Source of the DNA: Raillietiella orientalis
Lineage: Eukaryota
DNA length: 64,000 nt
Direction of reading: 5' to 3'
NCBI GenBank assembly: GCA_036172245.1
Contig: JAYWIR010000014.1
Span: forward strand, 744,001 to 808,000
Under the pieces are notes generated by a model that saw nothing but the letters and a program-made list of their open reading frames with translations, searched no databases and was not told the origin of the DNA. Shown piece by piece: positions 13,190 to 26,700 of the stretch (within the stretch, counting starts at the first letter, position 1; each line of letters opens with the position of its first letter). The position numbers were made by a program, and so were the translations under genes.

Positions 13190-16100
13190 GTACGTCCACC
13201 CTTAGCCCTGCGGCACGACCCGTTCAGCCCACACCGCGCCCCCTAACGCGAGCGGACGGAATCCTGGCTCCACCTGGGGAGCGAAATGCAGAAGGACGGC
13301 TGGAGGAGTTTCCCCCTCCCTCCTCCCGCGCCTTCGGGATGACCCTCTGAGCGCAGCAGCCGCAGAAGGTGCCCGCAGGGTGCTCCGTCCAGGCGACGCC
13401 CACGTAAAACAACCGCCGGCCTGAGGATCGAGGCTGCGCTCCCGAAGGGCTCAGGGATGGTGTGGGAGAAGGCTCTCTCGGAGCGACCCGGTTCGGGATC
13501 CCCAGAAGTGGGGGCGTACGGCGGGGAGGCCATCAAACGAGGGACGGTTTAGTCTCCAGTGACCTCCCCCCTATCAGAGCCTTCCCCCAGCCCGGTGCCA
13601 CCGGCTGAGTCGGCATTCCCTCCTCTCCCTCAGGGCACCTGCGCTCTCCATCCGGACTGCGAGTCTGGAGGACGCGGTGGTTCGCATGACCACCCCCTAC
13701 CCGGCTCTCGGCTCGGATCTGCGCGCTATGGACCCCATGATGACCCTACTCTCCACCCACGCAAAGGCGCACACCAGAACGCCATCGCCATCAGCCGCAA
13801 CTGCGCCCCACAAGCGTTTCCTCAGGCAGCGCCAGCTCTGGCGCGCCCTCGTGCTCGAGAGAGGTCAGCCGCCCGACGTCTTCGTCGGCCTCGTGCTCGA
13901 TAGGGTTAGCCCCTCGAGGTCCACCCTGACGCCCAGCGCATCCGTCACCCGGAAACAGCGCTGGCGCAGCCCGGGGGCACGTAGCTACTGCCGACTTCGC
14001 CGCGACTCTCCGCGGGGGACAGAGGAGCTTCCAGGAAAACACCTGAGAGGGGGCTTGTAGTCTTCGGGACGCTGGCGAGACGGCTCTCCAGGCTGGTTTT
14101 GGCGGAGTGGTTTCGAGGGTTGTCTAGGAGAGAGAGGAGGGGTGAAAGGGGAGCCGGCAGTATACTCCACCCAAGGGGGTGGCTGCTGCCGACCTGCAAG
14201 GGGAGAATACACCCTCCCATCCAGATGGCGGAGACGACGCTCGGCGGCTTTCTACCTGGTTCCTGGCCGCGCGCGTGCTCACCGCCGTGGCCCTCCACCT
14301 GCAAAAGCGGCGTCGCTCGCGAACGGTCGTGCGACGAAGCGCCACGGCCTCTGCCTCGCCGCCGCCGGCACCGTCCGGTCCGCGACACCACCGCCGGACA
14401 CCGCTGGTCGTCTGGCCCCTCTCTCTCTTCCCCTCCCCCCCCATCCCCCTCCCGCGAATTCAATCGGCTCTCCCGCGCGGTAGGCGCGCGCATCCCATAA
14501 ATCTCCGAGGAAGTCGAGCCGCCCGGAGGACGGGAAGAGAGGCGGTCCGGTAGCGGCCGAGGTCCTCGGGCGCGCTGCGAGCAGACGACGGCGGGCCGGC
14601 GCCGGAGACGAACGCGCGCAGTGCTTCCGCGCGAGAGCCTTGGGAAAGCTGCGCTCGCGCGCAGCCGGTTCATTTCCGCCTTGGGGCGCACCGAGAGTGT
14701 GTCAACTTGGGGAAGAATAATGGCCGACTCGCGCACCACGGAGTCTTGTTTTTTTCTGGAGACGGGGGGGGGGAGGAATAGAGGAGGAAAAACACACACA
14801 CACACGAGGACGGTCCGCGAGCACGAAGAAACCTTGGAAAGGGACGAAATGGGCAGGACGAGGCCGTAGATTCTTCCTGAAAGAGAATTCCCCGTGGAGC
14901 AGAGCGTCCCTGCCGCTTGGCAGGACGGGAAGGTGGAAGGCGCGAAGGGGGAGTGTCCTCCTCCTGAGACGAGCACTAGTCAGGGCAGCCGGACTAAAGG
15001 GAGGTGGTGGTTGGCTTTCCCAGAGAGCCTCCGCGACGTCGACGACGGAAGGGTGGGAGGAAGGGAGGAGTACGAGATCCTTTCTCCTGGTGTGGGGAAG
15101 GAGGAGGGATGGAGGAGAGCGCTGGAAAAGAGCACCACCGCCCCTCATGGAGTCTTGAGACGGAGATGCCGGTGAGGGGCGAAGGGTGCGTTTCGGAACC
15201 GGCGCCCATCACGACCCTCGCACCACGAGGGGAAGGGGCGAGCGGGTCCAGGCGCAGCAGCGTGCGCTGCCGCCCACCGCGGAGGAGTGACCTCGCGGGC
15301 CCCAGCGGAAGCAGGCGAGCCGCGAGCGCCCTCTCCTTTCCTGCCTCGGCAGCTTCGTGATGAGTGCGTCACGACCCGCGAGCGCAGCGGGTCTGCCGGC
15401 GTGCCTTCCTGTTGACGCAACGGGCCCTCCCCTCCGCCGCGAAGCCGCAGCTGGGATTTCCCCCGGGCTCGCGCGGGGGCGTGTCCTGCGAGAGAAAAGC
15501 TCACTCGCTCGCTCCGCGCGGTGGGCATTACCGGGCATCGCCGGGTTTCCGTCTTGGAAGGCGCAAGCCGAAGGGCCACTTCCGGGGGGAAGTTTTTTTC
15601 CCACCTGCGCTGCCTGCCTTAGCCCTTGAGCCGCTTCCTGGAAACCTCCCACGAAGATGCGTCATGCATGCGCTTCATGCGGCGAGCTGGGAGGATGCTC
15701 AGGGAGGAGGGGGAGGAGAAAGGGGTGGATGGGATGGCGCGCCGGCAAGGGTATCAGAGGTCATCCGCTTGAGCCTCGCGACTCCACCTGAGCGTCCCCT
15801 CCCTCGAGCACTCGCCAGCCGCAGCTTCGCAGTGGACGCCTCCCGAACGTCCGACTAGAGTTTCCTTGGCTTCTGCGAGAACTGAGAAGTCTTGACCCCA
15901 CTCCAGCACTCCTCTCCAGGGGAGCTCCCTCTTGAGAACCGTGGTCTCTGCCGAGTCTTCCGCCCCCGTTTCTCCAAGGGGCGAACGAGTCCGCGCAGGG
16001 AGGTCGGCGAGGCTGGCTCCGCTCTCGGAGGTGAGGGGGGGAGAGGGTGCAGTTCCACCATAGAGCTGCTCCCCCGGTAACGACGGGCGATCCTCTTGGT

Positions 16101-16680
16101 GGCGACCATTCTGCGGAGTGAGCAACACGGACGCCCGAGAGAGCACAGTCCGAGAAGCAGCCACGTGCGCGTCGACTACAGTTCCCGATCCAGGAGCTCT
16201 CTGCTACAGGGATGGGAGCGAAAGGGCACCGCTGCACATTTCGTGGGGACGCTTTGGAGCACCTCCGTTCTCAGGAAGAGGCAGATGACGGTTCGGCAGC
16301 CCTTGGTCGCCAGGTCCGGAGACTGCAGTTTCGCTTGGGGTGACACTGACAAACCGGGGTGCGCCTGCAGCGGCCGGCCGGTTGGAGAAGGGGGGGGGAG
16401 CGAAGGGGCGAATCGCCTTGAGCGAGCGAGCCGTCTCCGGCAGGCGGGGATTCTCGCCTTAGTTCTCTCGTCCTTTTGCTTCCGCCGCCGCCGCAGGGCG
16501 TCTGTCCTTCCCCCTGCCGCCTCTTCAGGAGCGCGCGCGCGTCGAGGGACGGTACGGAAGAGGAAGAGGGGTTGTCAGGGGCAGCACGCCCCGAATCCCC
16601 CGCCCTCCAGGCGTGACCCCAAAGTCATGTCAAAAGGAATTCCCTTTCTTCCCCCTCTGACCGGCCGGTTTGATTTCCAG

Positions 16681-16868
16681 GAGAGAAGCCGTACCGGTGC
16701 CAGTGGCCGGAGTGCCAGTGGAGATTCGCCAGGTCGGACGAGCTGACCCGGCACTACCGGAAGCACACCGGTGCCAAGCCGTTCCGGTGCAAACTCTGTG
16801 ACCGGTCCTTCGCGCGTTCGGACCACCTGGCCCTGCACATGAAGCGGCACCTGCCCAAAGCCAAGTGA
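16681..16868 (+). CDS. Klf5: KLF5/dar1-like transcription factor, terminal exon (C2H2 fingers 2 and 3)
   Basis: After the TTTCCAG acceptor: (G)[61 protein letters not shown], stop TGA 16866-16868. Canonical KLF fingers with the KLF5-type HTGAKPF linker. AATAAA at 16943 and 18733. Confidence 0.97.
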
Positions 16869-19800
16869 AGTCCCTCCCCCGACCACAGGAACCTCCCCAA
16901 GGAGGGAAGGAATCGAAAAAAACAAAAACAAAAAAAAAAGGAAATAAAAAGTTTGCGGCAGCGACGGTGGCGATGTGCGACCGCCGAGTGCCGCCGCCCG
17001 CCTCCTTTCGTTTCCGCGCGTCCCGGGATGCTTCGTGCTCGCGCGCGCGACAGATCGGGCTGGCTGCCCCGCGATCGCATTTCCCCGGCCAAGATGGCGA
17101 CCGAGAGGAGGTCGCGGAGGTGCAAGTGCGAAACTCGTCTCCCAACCCGAGCCGCGATCCCCTTCTCCGGGGAGGAAGGAGGAGGTGGGGTTGGCACAGT
17201 CCTTCGTGTCCCGCGCGCCCTGCGGGGCAGCGTCCACGAGAACCCGGTTGCGGTCCTTCCTATTCCCCACGGGAGACCGAAGGAAGAGCTCCTGGACCCG
17301 CCGCCGCAGGAGGTGCCTTCCTCACGAACCGCTTTTGACCGGAACCTCCCCCTCGCATCCAGAGTTTCAGCTGGAGGAACTCCGCTCTTGTGTTCCCGTG
17401 GCAACGCTTCCCCTGTTGTCCGTCTCTTCGTCTCCAGGGCGACCACGTCGACGCGGGTAGCAGGTGCTGCCTGTCGTCGAAGGAGCGTCTGTTAAAGAAC
17501 GTCCATTTCCACCTACCCCTCCCTCCGAAGAGGGGGAGGAGAAACAGCGTCCAGACAGGGGAAGCGACTTCCAGACTGGAGCTTCCGAAATCCGGAAGGG
17601 ACCCACAGCACCCTCCTGGTGATGAGGGGGAGGTCCTCATCACCAGGAGACCTGTTCCCGGTTTTTCCTTCTTTCAGCGGAAGTTCCATCGCGCGGAGAA
17701 GGGAGGAGCCGAGGAACGGCGCGCAAGAAACCCGGAGGGGACCGCCATGCGTCCAGTTTGGGGGTCGAGGTGAAGTCACTCGCTGGAGGCATAAATTCGG
17801 ACTCCGGCCAGCCACCTCCTTACCTCCTGCGGCAGCGCCCGCGATCTCTCGCCCTGAGACCCGGGGCTTCTAGGAACTTGAAGGATCGGGAGGGAAGGAG
17901 GGAGGAACCCCAAGATGAACCTGCCGCGACCTGGTTCATCCTCCTGTCACCCGTCCAGAGGAACGCGAGACTCCTGTCTTCCTGCCAGGAACGAAGGGTG
18001 CCCGCCTCGCCAGCATCTCCGCCGCCGCTTCCACATTTGGAACTTCTGGGATCGGAGCGGAAGAACAGCTTGGCGGAAATGGGCAGACGAACTGCAGGAG
18101 CAGCTGCCGAACAGCCAGATTTCCCTCTGCATCGACGGGCACCGGCCGTTTCCAAGTAACGGCCAACCACCCGTAGGTAAGCGATGGGAGGGAGAAGCGT
18201 GGCTCTGCCGGCTGAAGACCGGCCTGGGAGGTAGCGAGGGGTCTTCCCTGGTGCTGAGTCGACTCGGGAGAAGCGCTTCCCGCCTCTGGGCCACGCAGGG
18301 CTGCGGCGCGTCCGCAATGCGAACGGGAAAAAAAACTTGGATACAGGAGCTGCGGTGCCAAGGTTGACGACCGCGCCTGTGCCTTTCCCCGCTCGCTCCC
18401 GTCGGCACCGTGCACGCTGGACGGCATAGCCTGGACCCCTCAGAGCTCCAGCACCTGGGCGTTGCCCTCCTCCTGAGTGAAGAGGGATTCTGTTGAGGGA
18501 CGGCACAAGCGACCTCTTCCTACAGAGGATGGCGACCTGGAGCAAAACCACCAGACCGAACCAAACCCTTGATCGCACCCGCGGGCTCTTTCCCCGCGAC
18601 ACAAGAGCCCGGGAAAGACTCGGACTCGATACGCCCCGAAAAGTCCCGGATTGCGTTGCAGGATGACCGACTGCACCCCCGGAATCTCCGAGAACGCCAT
18701 AAAAACGTTGAGAGCGCCGAGGGTGGAGAAAAAATAAAGTAAAAAGCAAGTGCATCCATCACACCGCGCGACCTCGCAACCGCTGCGTCACGCCCACGCC
18801 TGCCCGGGAGGACGGCGCGCGCGCGGCGGCCGAGTGCGCACGCGAACTCCGCCGCCTTGTGCCTTCCCCTTTCCTGGAAACGGGCTGCTCCAGGATTTTG
18901 TCCGGGTCTGTTCAGAGGACGGATCACTCCGCCGAGGACACCTGGACCTTTGGCTCTCTCGGGGAAGAGTTTTTCAGACTCCGGGAGATCAGGGAGGAAA
19001 CTCCCTGCTGTGACGTCACAAAGGAAATGGAATCGCCTCCGGTGCGGGAGCGGAGTACTAGTGGACGTGGGTGAAGCGGAACGGATGAACCGGTTGGCGT
19101 ATCTGGTTGCACGCAAAGCCGCTTGGAAGACACAGAGTGCTGCTGCTGTTGTTCTCGAACCTTCCTGGAAACGGATCAATAAATGAGTTATTTGAAAGAT
19201 ACCGCCTTCCTCCCTCCCTACCTTCCCCCTTCAGATGAGGGCGTGCGTGACGCGCGACGGATGAAACCGCAGGTGGAGATGGCAAGGAAGCGACGTCAAG
19301 GCAGCACGGGGCGAAGCAACGCTCCTCCCTTCCCCTTTCCCGGCCAGTCGAGTCCAATGCCCCCTCCTCGCCGTGTGTGCGCCAGCCGAACGCACGACGG
19401 GCACGTTGCCGGCTTCGGCCGGTGCGCACCGACGTGTGCCGTCAATTCATCAGGTGTTTTGATTCGGTGCACGCGTTCGGCGCCCGGAGTTTGCAAATTC
19501 GGCGTGTGTTTACGCACCTCTCCACCTGCAGCGGCCTCGCCCGATCGGTGGTTCCCCCTTTCGGAGGCAACACCCATCCCGAGAGTCTCGGATTCCGAAA
19601 CCGATTCCTTTCATAAACCACTTCTTTCTCCTTCCGGCGCGCGTTGCTGCGGATGTCCGCGAATCTTCTGGGAACGCTGTCGGGGAGTTGGGCGCACCGG
19701 AGGGGGTGACTCCGCAGAGAATCGCGTCTCCACGGGATGCTGCCAAGAGTGCAATGGATGCAACGTGCACGGAAGTTTCGGCAGTCCAAAGCAGAAGGCT

Positions 19801-20565
19801 CAAAGAATAGCGCGGGGATGGACAAATGAAAGGAACTGCGCGCCACACGCAGTGGCGTGGGGGATGGGGTAGGAATTTTCCGTGGTTGACTCGGTGATTA
19901 AGTCCTCTCCCTACTTCTCTCCTCCTCCTCCTCCTGCACATTCCGCAGGCCGGAAGGCAAGCTTCTCGGAGGTGAAAGGAATGGCAGCCGGGTAAAAATA
20001 TTTCACGTGCGGCGAACAGAACGTTGGGATGAGCAGCAGCCGGGAGGGGAGGAGTTCCTAAGTAACGAAATATGCTGAAGAGCACCAAAAGCGAGCGTCG
20101 GAGGCCTTGTGGTTTAGGCTTCCGCGTGTGGTACCGCGCGTCGCGGGTTCGAATACTTCGGCAGATAACTGACGCCACTGTGTCGTTTAGGTTCCGAGTT
20201 TCTCCTGCAAGATGGCGCTGGTTGGCCGAGACATTCGGGCGTGGCCCCCCGGCGGTGGATGAAGCCGGAGGCCTCCCGATGAAGGCCGGAACAATGGGAG
20301 TCGACCTTCGGGTCCTCCCAGGAATCAAGGATTGGGGAGTTCCCCCTCCTGTCGTGCAACGGAGAGCGGACCCCCGTCACCGGGGGACCACCTCCGGTTT
20401 CAAGATGGAGCAGGAGCCCTCAGGGGCACCTCTCCAGTTGTTCAAAGGAGCGGACCTCCCTTGTTGGGGGTCCCTCCGAGTCGTTGCCTCTTCACAGAGT
20501 GCACAAGGAAGCAAGCGAGAGCGATTCCCCTGCGGGAAGCTGCAGCGCCCCTTCTGAGTTTCGGA

Positions 20566-20770
20566 AGCGTCCCTTCGGGTTCTCTTCAGAGGAGTGAATA
20601 AAGGAGCGGTTCCCTTGCGGGTTCCCTCCGGAGAAGAAATTCCTAGAAGCGGATCCTTTCCAGGTTCCCTTCGGAGAAGAAAAAATGGAGAGGACCACTC
20701 CCCTCCCAGGGGGTGTCCCTCCGGAGAGAATGAGGAAGGAGATTCCCTTCGGGGTTCCCCTTCGGAGACA
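20566..20770. repeat. Degenerate minisatellite, ~5 units of ~40-50 bp
   Basis: Recurrent core GGTTCCCT(C/T)CGGAGAAGAAA or variants near 20579, 20621, 20664, 20715 and 20754, usually preceded by a TCCCTT-like motif. Confidence 0.6.
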
Positions 20771-23700
20771 ACCAGGGTGGGAGGTGCGATCCCCCCGTCC
20801 GGGGGATCCCTCCCCAAGCGTGAGAGGAACGGACTCCGAGCCCTTCCTGGATTCATAGGACGGACCCCCATCCCGGGGTGCCCCCTATCCTGAAGAATTA
20901 CACTGAAGAATTACACGCCCCCCTGCGGGTTGCCGCGGGCGGAGGGGCGTGGAAACAAAACAGTGTGTTAATGTTTAAAAAGAGCCACGTGCGCCGCGAG
21001 GCACGCGACCGGCTCTGAGGTACTTAGCGAACCAAAAGCGAGCTAGACACGTGAGCAGCTGCTTTCCTGGAAGAAGGATTACACCGAGTTTGCGATGGAA
21101 GAGAATTCCATGACTCTGGTTCCCATGCGGGCGCTCGAGGGATTTTTCGTCGCCAGGAACGACGGATGAATTTTTTCCTTAGACTTTCGACTACCTCGTG
21201 GTTTATCCTCCTGAGTTCCTCCAAATTCGTCGGACCATCACATGTGCGCAGAAATCTTGTGGAGGCAGCAAGGGCCTGCAGGTGGCGAGGGTCTCCGGAA
21301 GGATTTAGGGACTCGTTTCGGGATCCAATCATCAGGATCGTGGCGGAGCTCCGGAGTGGCCCAGCTAAAAGCCATCACGAAGAAAGCCTTCCTCTGTCAA
21401 AAGCCTTTGAGCTTCCCAGGAGCTGCATCAAGAAGCATGGAAGGTCACAGTGGTTTCTGCAGCTGTACAAGGACGCCGCCCTTACGAATGACCCAGACAA
21501 CTACAGAGTTCTGAATGAGAAGCTGTGCTCTGGATTCTGGAAGCTACAACCTAGAAGTGTCGGAAACCCAACCTACTGACTGTGGTCGCCTCAGAGCCAC
21601 AGTGCCTCTTCTTCGTGTCTTTGGCGACTCCGTGAGCAAAGCTGGCTGTTGCCGAAGACACGACGTTACGACAGGTGCCCGACCCAAGTTCCGGTTCCAG
21701 GAATGCTGGGTTCCCGACCTTTCGGAAGCCTGCATTCGCGTGGCGCTATCCAGGGCTAGAACGGTCCAAGCGTCGCCTCCCCAAGACAACGCCGGCGGCT
21801 TCAACCTCTCGCAACCAGGTCCGTTCCCATGTCTACCTCGGAGGCCTCTCAGAGAGCACCGTCTTGCATCGCGCTGGCCGGAGTCTGCGGGTGGAAGACG
21901 TAGAGACTCTCCCTCTTCCTCCTCGCACCACACGGACGAAGCCTTGCGACTGGAGCGCCCGTGGACCTGCGGCCGAGTGTTGAGTGACCTCTGGCAGGTC
22001 TTCTGCAGCCTCCCCCGATCGAATTCTCTCCTGTCCCGTCTCTCGAACTTCTGACTCCCGATGCGGGGCAGCGGAGCGAAAACACCGGGCAGCAGCTTTC
22101 TGGAATTTCCTCCGCTTGGCGCGCGCCCGCAGATCAGTCGGGCGTTGCGAGACGAGGAACGCGGCTTGGGTTTCGTCACCCGAGGGAGGGGCGCAGAGGT
22201 GACCGCCCCACTGACAGACGCGAAACGCGCGCGTCCGCTGCGGAGGACCCGAGAACCCGGAAACGATGAAGGAAGGGAGGGAGGGTGGGAAGCGAGCGGG
22301 AAGAGGAGGCGTGAGTGCAGGGGTCACGCCCAACAGAACGCAAACCTTCCTTCCTCTGAAAACCTTCCTCCACTCCCGTACCCTCACCTCCAACGAAAAA
22401 GTCCAAAAACGCGGGGCGAGGTGGAAGGAACAAAAAAAAAAGGGGAAGGAAATCCTAGGATGTCACACAGGATCTCTCCCCTCTTCCTCTACCCGGCCGA
22501 GCCCGTCTCTTCCTCTACCCTGAGGGCGTGAGGAGGGGGAGGGGAGGGAGAACGTAGAAAACTTATCGCGAAACCGGGAGAGCGGGCACTCTCCACGCGC
22601 CCTATTAGCTGCTGTCAAAGGGAGGGAGGAAGCAAGGAAAAGGGGAATTTCCTTCCGCCGACTTCACACGGGCGGCCCTACAAGTCTTCGCGGGGGCGGA
22701 GGAGCACCGCCTCCCGTCCAGCACTCCGAGTTTCAACTCTCCGCTTCCACCACCCCCGCCGCAGACAGGGACTCAGAGCGGCCATTTCGAAGGGCGGACC
22801 GTCAGGACAGACCCGCTCGCATCCCTCCTCGTTCTAGAACGCCCTCTTGCTGTTGGATGTGGAAGAGCGGGCAAAGCACGAGTCCCTCCCTCCTCTGCAG
22901 CAACGACTTGCTCGGAGGCAGCAAAGGGGAGACAAGGGATGGATCCGTTCAGGATTCCCAGTTTAGCAACAGGGAACTGCTTTCGGAGATGTGTCGGTCG
23001 GACTGACCAGGGCGCGCGCCGCTCTACTTCAGATGTCTGCCGAGGATCTTGAGCGCTGCGAGGACCTCACGCTTTGGGGCATCCACCTCCCCAGCGTTCG
23101 GGCGCTATCACAGGAGCAGTCGAGATCCCTTCCACTTGGCGCTTGCTGCAGGAGACTTCCTGAGCCACTGGGGATGCCAGAAGGAGCACCACTCCTCCAG
23201 AAAGAGGGGCAGTACGGGTATGGGGGGTCATTGCTTTCAAGACCCCTCCCCCGAAGGAGGGCACGACACTCGCACTCCTTCGACTGAAAGAGAGGGAAAT
23301 AGGCAGCGGGTTGTACAGGAGTACGGATGGGTCTATGGCGGACCCCAAGCCGGGAAGAGACCTTACTACTCGGGAGTATGGCGGACAGGTAGCTGAATGG
23401 CGCGCTTTCCTCCTCCGCGTGATCCGGAGCTGCCGCGAAGGTCGGTGGGACGGACCCGGGCTCCATCTCAAGAGGGCTCTGACTTGCGAGGCTTCGCAGC
23501 TCTCTGACGGCGCGGGAGTCGTTCCTCAGGAGCCAACGCTCGAGCACTCACAACCTCGCCTGACCTCGGCTAAGAGCGGTCTCCGTGCATCTGTACCTTC
23601 CCCCTCCATGAGCAGCCGAGCATCTATTTCTAGCTCTCGTGCTCCGGGAGTAGCGGCCATGCTCCCTACTGGTGGCCCGGGCATCTCTCCGGAGGAGGCA

Positions 23701-26700
23701 GCCGGAAACCGGGATTCACTCCCAGCGAGAGGATGAGGGGAACATCTAGGGCCTTTCGTCATCGGGATCGGACTAGACTGGGAATGCCGCAGGTCGACCT
23801 GGGAGCCACTTCGGAGCATCTGCGGCGGATGTCACAACCGGGCGGAGACCCTGCTCACAGAGCACGTGCGGCTATGCGAGGGCCAGAAGGAAGAGAAGGA
23901 GGGGAGAAAGAGGGGCAAGAAGAGAAACAGTCTCCACGGGAACGGGTCGCGACGAGGGGGAGCGGTTCGAGGAGGCCGCCGAGTACCGAGCAAGGAGGAT
24001 GAGGGAGAAGCCGCGCTGCCACGGGACACTCCACGGCCACCAGCAGCGTCTCCCCGTCTCCTCCCACCTCTCCCGTTTTCCCTCTCCTAGACCGCTGCTA
24101 CGAGTGGGAGGGATCCGCCCCCCTCGGAGGCAGCAGCCTTTTCACTCGGGCCGGCTGGGGAGGTCAGCAACCGACTCCGCTGCCCCGTAAAGGGAACGTG
24201 CTGCGAGAGGGAGGGCAACTCGAGGGGGCAGAGTCCTCGGCGGTGCAAGAGCCCCCTTACCTCCGCGCCATGGACGACTCCCTGAATCTTTTCCCACGGT
24301 AGTGTGAGGCGGATGCTCTGAGAAGATATGTGCCTGGTGAGAGGGAGGTGGTGGCTCTGCGACCGCTAGAAACCTGAAGCAGATGGATGGACTGGGGATA
24401 GGGTGGGGAGCAACGGAAAAGATGCGCGACTCCCGCTCCTCTCCTGCCTCGGGCAGCCGCACTCCTTACCGGCGCAGCTTCCATGATGCAAGGGAACAGT
24501 GAGACACGGGTGAGACACGTCGTCGAACGATGGGGAGCGCTCCTCAACCTCTGGTCCGCCGGCACATCAGAAGAGGCGCGCAGGAGCAGCACGGAGATAG
24601 CGACCGAGCCCTGGGGCCGATCCCAACGAGAGAGATAGACGATGGAAATGTCGGAACGCAGAGGCCACGTGAGGCCGGTGAATGAGCAGGGGTTATCCTG
24701 CTGGAGGGCTTGGAGTTTCCCAGGGGACGGCAGGAGAGGATGAGGAAGAAGAGAAGGCTCACTCGTCACCCCAGACCCTGCTGCCCGCAAGCTCACACTA
24801 GGAAAACCCCCGAACCCGAGGAGCAGAGAAGCCTGCTGAATCCTAGTGCCACGACGGGGGACGGAAGGGCATCGTTGGACGGACGCCTCGCATCCGCGAA
24901 GCAGGAGTGAGATAGCCGCCCGAGTCGAGGCTCTCTTAGGAGACCGCTGTTCCCCCTGAAGATGCTCGTTGGCTGGACTCGCAGGAGTCGAGGGGAAGCA
25001 CACGGAGATGGCCAGCCAAAAGACGGAGTGCCGAAGGCGGATTCTTGCAAGCTGCCTCCTGCGTGCTCGCTGATGCCGCGCGCTCGCCTCTCTTTCAATA
25101 CCAACTAGCCGGGATTCACCTGGAAAGAGATCCACGGCTGGTTGAGCGATGCACAAACTAAATATTTCTTCTCCAGTGAAAACAGAGGTGCTCCCTTCCT
25201 TGGTCATTTCTGGTTCCCCGGGTTTTCTTGCGCTCTCCTTTCAAAAAAACAATCTGAGTGACCTAAGAGCTCCTTCCAAGGTCCAAGAGAATCTCGAAAG
25301 TCGCAAGAAGCACAAGTGACCTCCTCTCCATGTGGCGCGGGTTTCTTTAGCTTCAGGAGTCCCTTCCATGCATAGACTCGCAGGTCTCTCGGTCTGGTAA
25401 CTCTTCGTCTCGTCCACCGAATAGAAATGGACGCTTCCTTCTCCCAACTGCAACATTCCTGCAGCCACGTGACAGACCCCATTTTCGTTGCGAGAGATGT
25501 CATACGGAACTTTGCCTCACCTTCCGCAACCATCCTACTCGGATGCTACACCCTGGCAGCAGATGCGGGTGTTAAGGGTAAATCTGGAGAGTGGAAGAAT
25601 CGGTTCCGCTGTACGACAGGGTATTCCGGGCTAGGCATTGGACTGCTTCGGCACCACGAATACCCCGATACTTCGCTTCCATTCCCCCAAGGCAGACGAA
25701 CGGCTTGCCGAGATACAGCTCGAATAAAAAGTGATCAGTTGATTGCTCCACGTGCTTCCAGCTTCAGCTGGAAGCACGTGGAGCTGGAAGCAGCCTTGCA
25801 GCATCACGTGCTCTTTGAGCATCTCTCTGGACTCGAGGAGACGCACTTGATGGCTGATGCTGTGGTCTCAAGGAACGCATCCCCCGCGTCAGCCAGAGAC
25901 CGGGAACAGAGGCTACGAGGAACAGAACGAACATCTGCTGGACAGAAACGCCAAGGGCAAGTAGTGGAAGGACTATTCCCTACTACGTAGATTTCCTGGG
26001 GCCATAGTCCCTCAATAGCTTTCTCCTCTGGATGCAAACCCATTCGAGTACAGTAACATGTCCAAGTCCAAGAGAAAGTGTGCAAGAGCTTTGTCTACCA
26101 GAACCGACTCTCAATGTGTCGTGAGAAGCTCATCAGCATTTACTGGTGAGCTCTTTCTCCAGAAACTCCTTTGGGAAGACTCGGCTGGGTCCTAGGACAC
26201 AAGAAAGCGTTCTACAGAACAAGGGACTTGTTTCGAGACCATGTACAGGTCGAGTTACTCAATACCTCAGGTTTGGCTTTCATGGGAAAACGTAGCGCGG
26301 CCTGAGACCGGACGGCTTTGAGCCGTTCGTCCCATGGAGCAGGCATGCCATGCTGAATGACGAAAGTTCCCTCCCCTTGTTCTGGACATCATTGAGATTA
26401 TCCTGCAGAGGTCTGGGTTAGCGTTTTGCCTCTCCGAAGACTCGACGTGTCTGCGGAGGCAAATTCTGCTGCGTCATGAAGGACGCAATGGAACCTGCAC
26501 TTCTCGCTGCTTCCCAACAGTCGTAAAATCGGCAGAAAATAAATAGTCATAAAATCATCCCATCAGCCATAAACCAACTCTGGGACTTTCCTTTTCTTTC
26601 TTTCTTTCTTTTTTTTTCAGGAAAAGCATGTGTCACTGTTCTTCGATATGGAATTCTCGTGTCACTAAGGAACGCAGCAGCATGCGAGGAGTCGCTCTCG

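Noticed and set aside
20566..20770. Repeat-spacer appearance resembling a CRISPR array
   Set aside because: Eukaryotic context, diverged units with related intervening sequence, and no cas genes.
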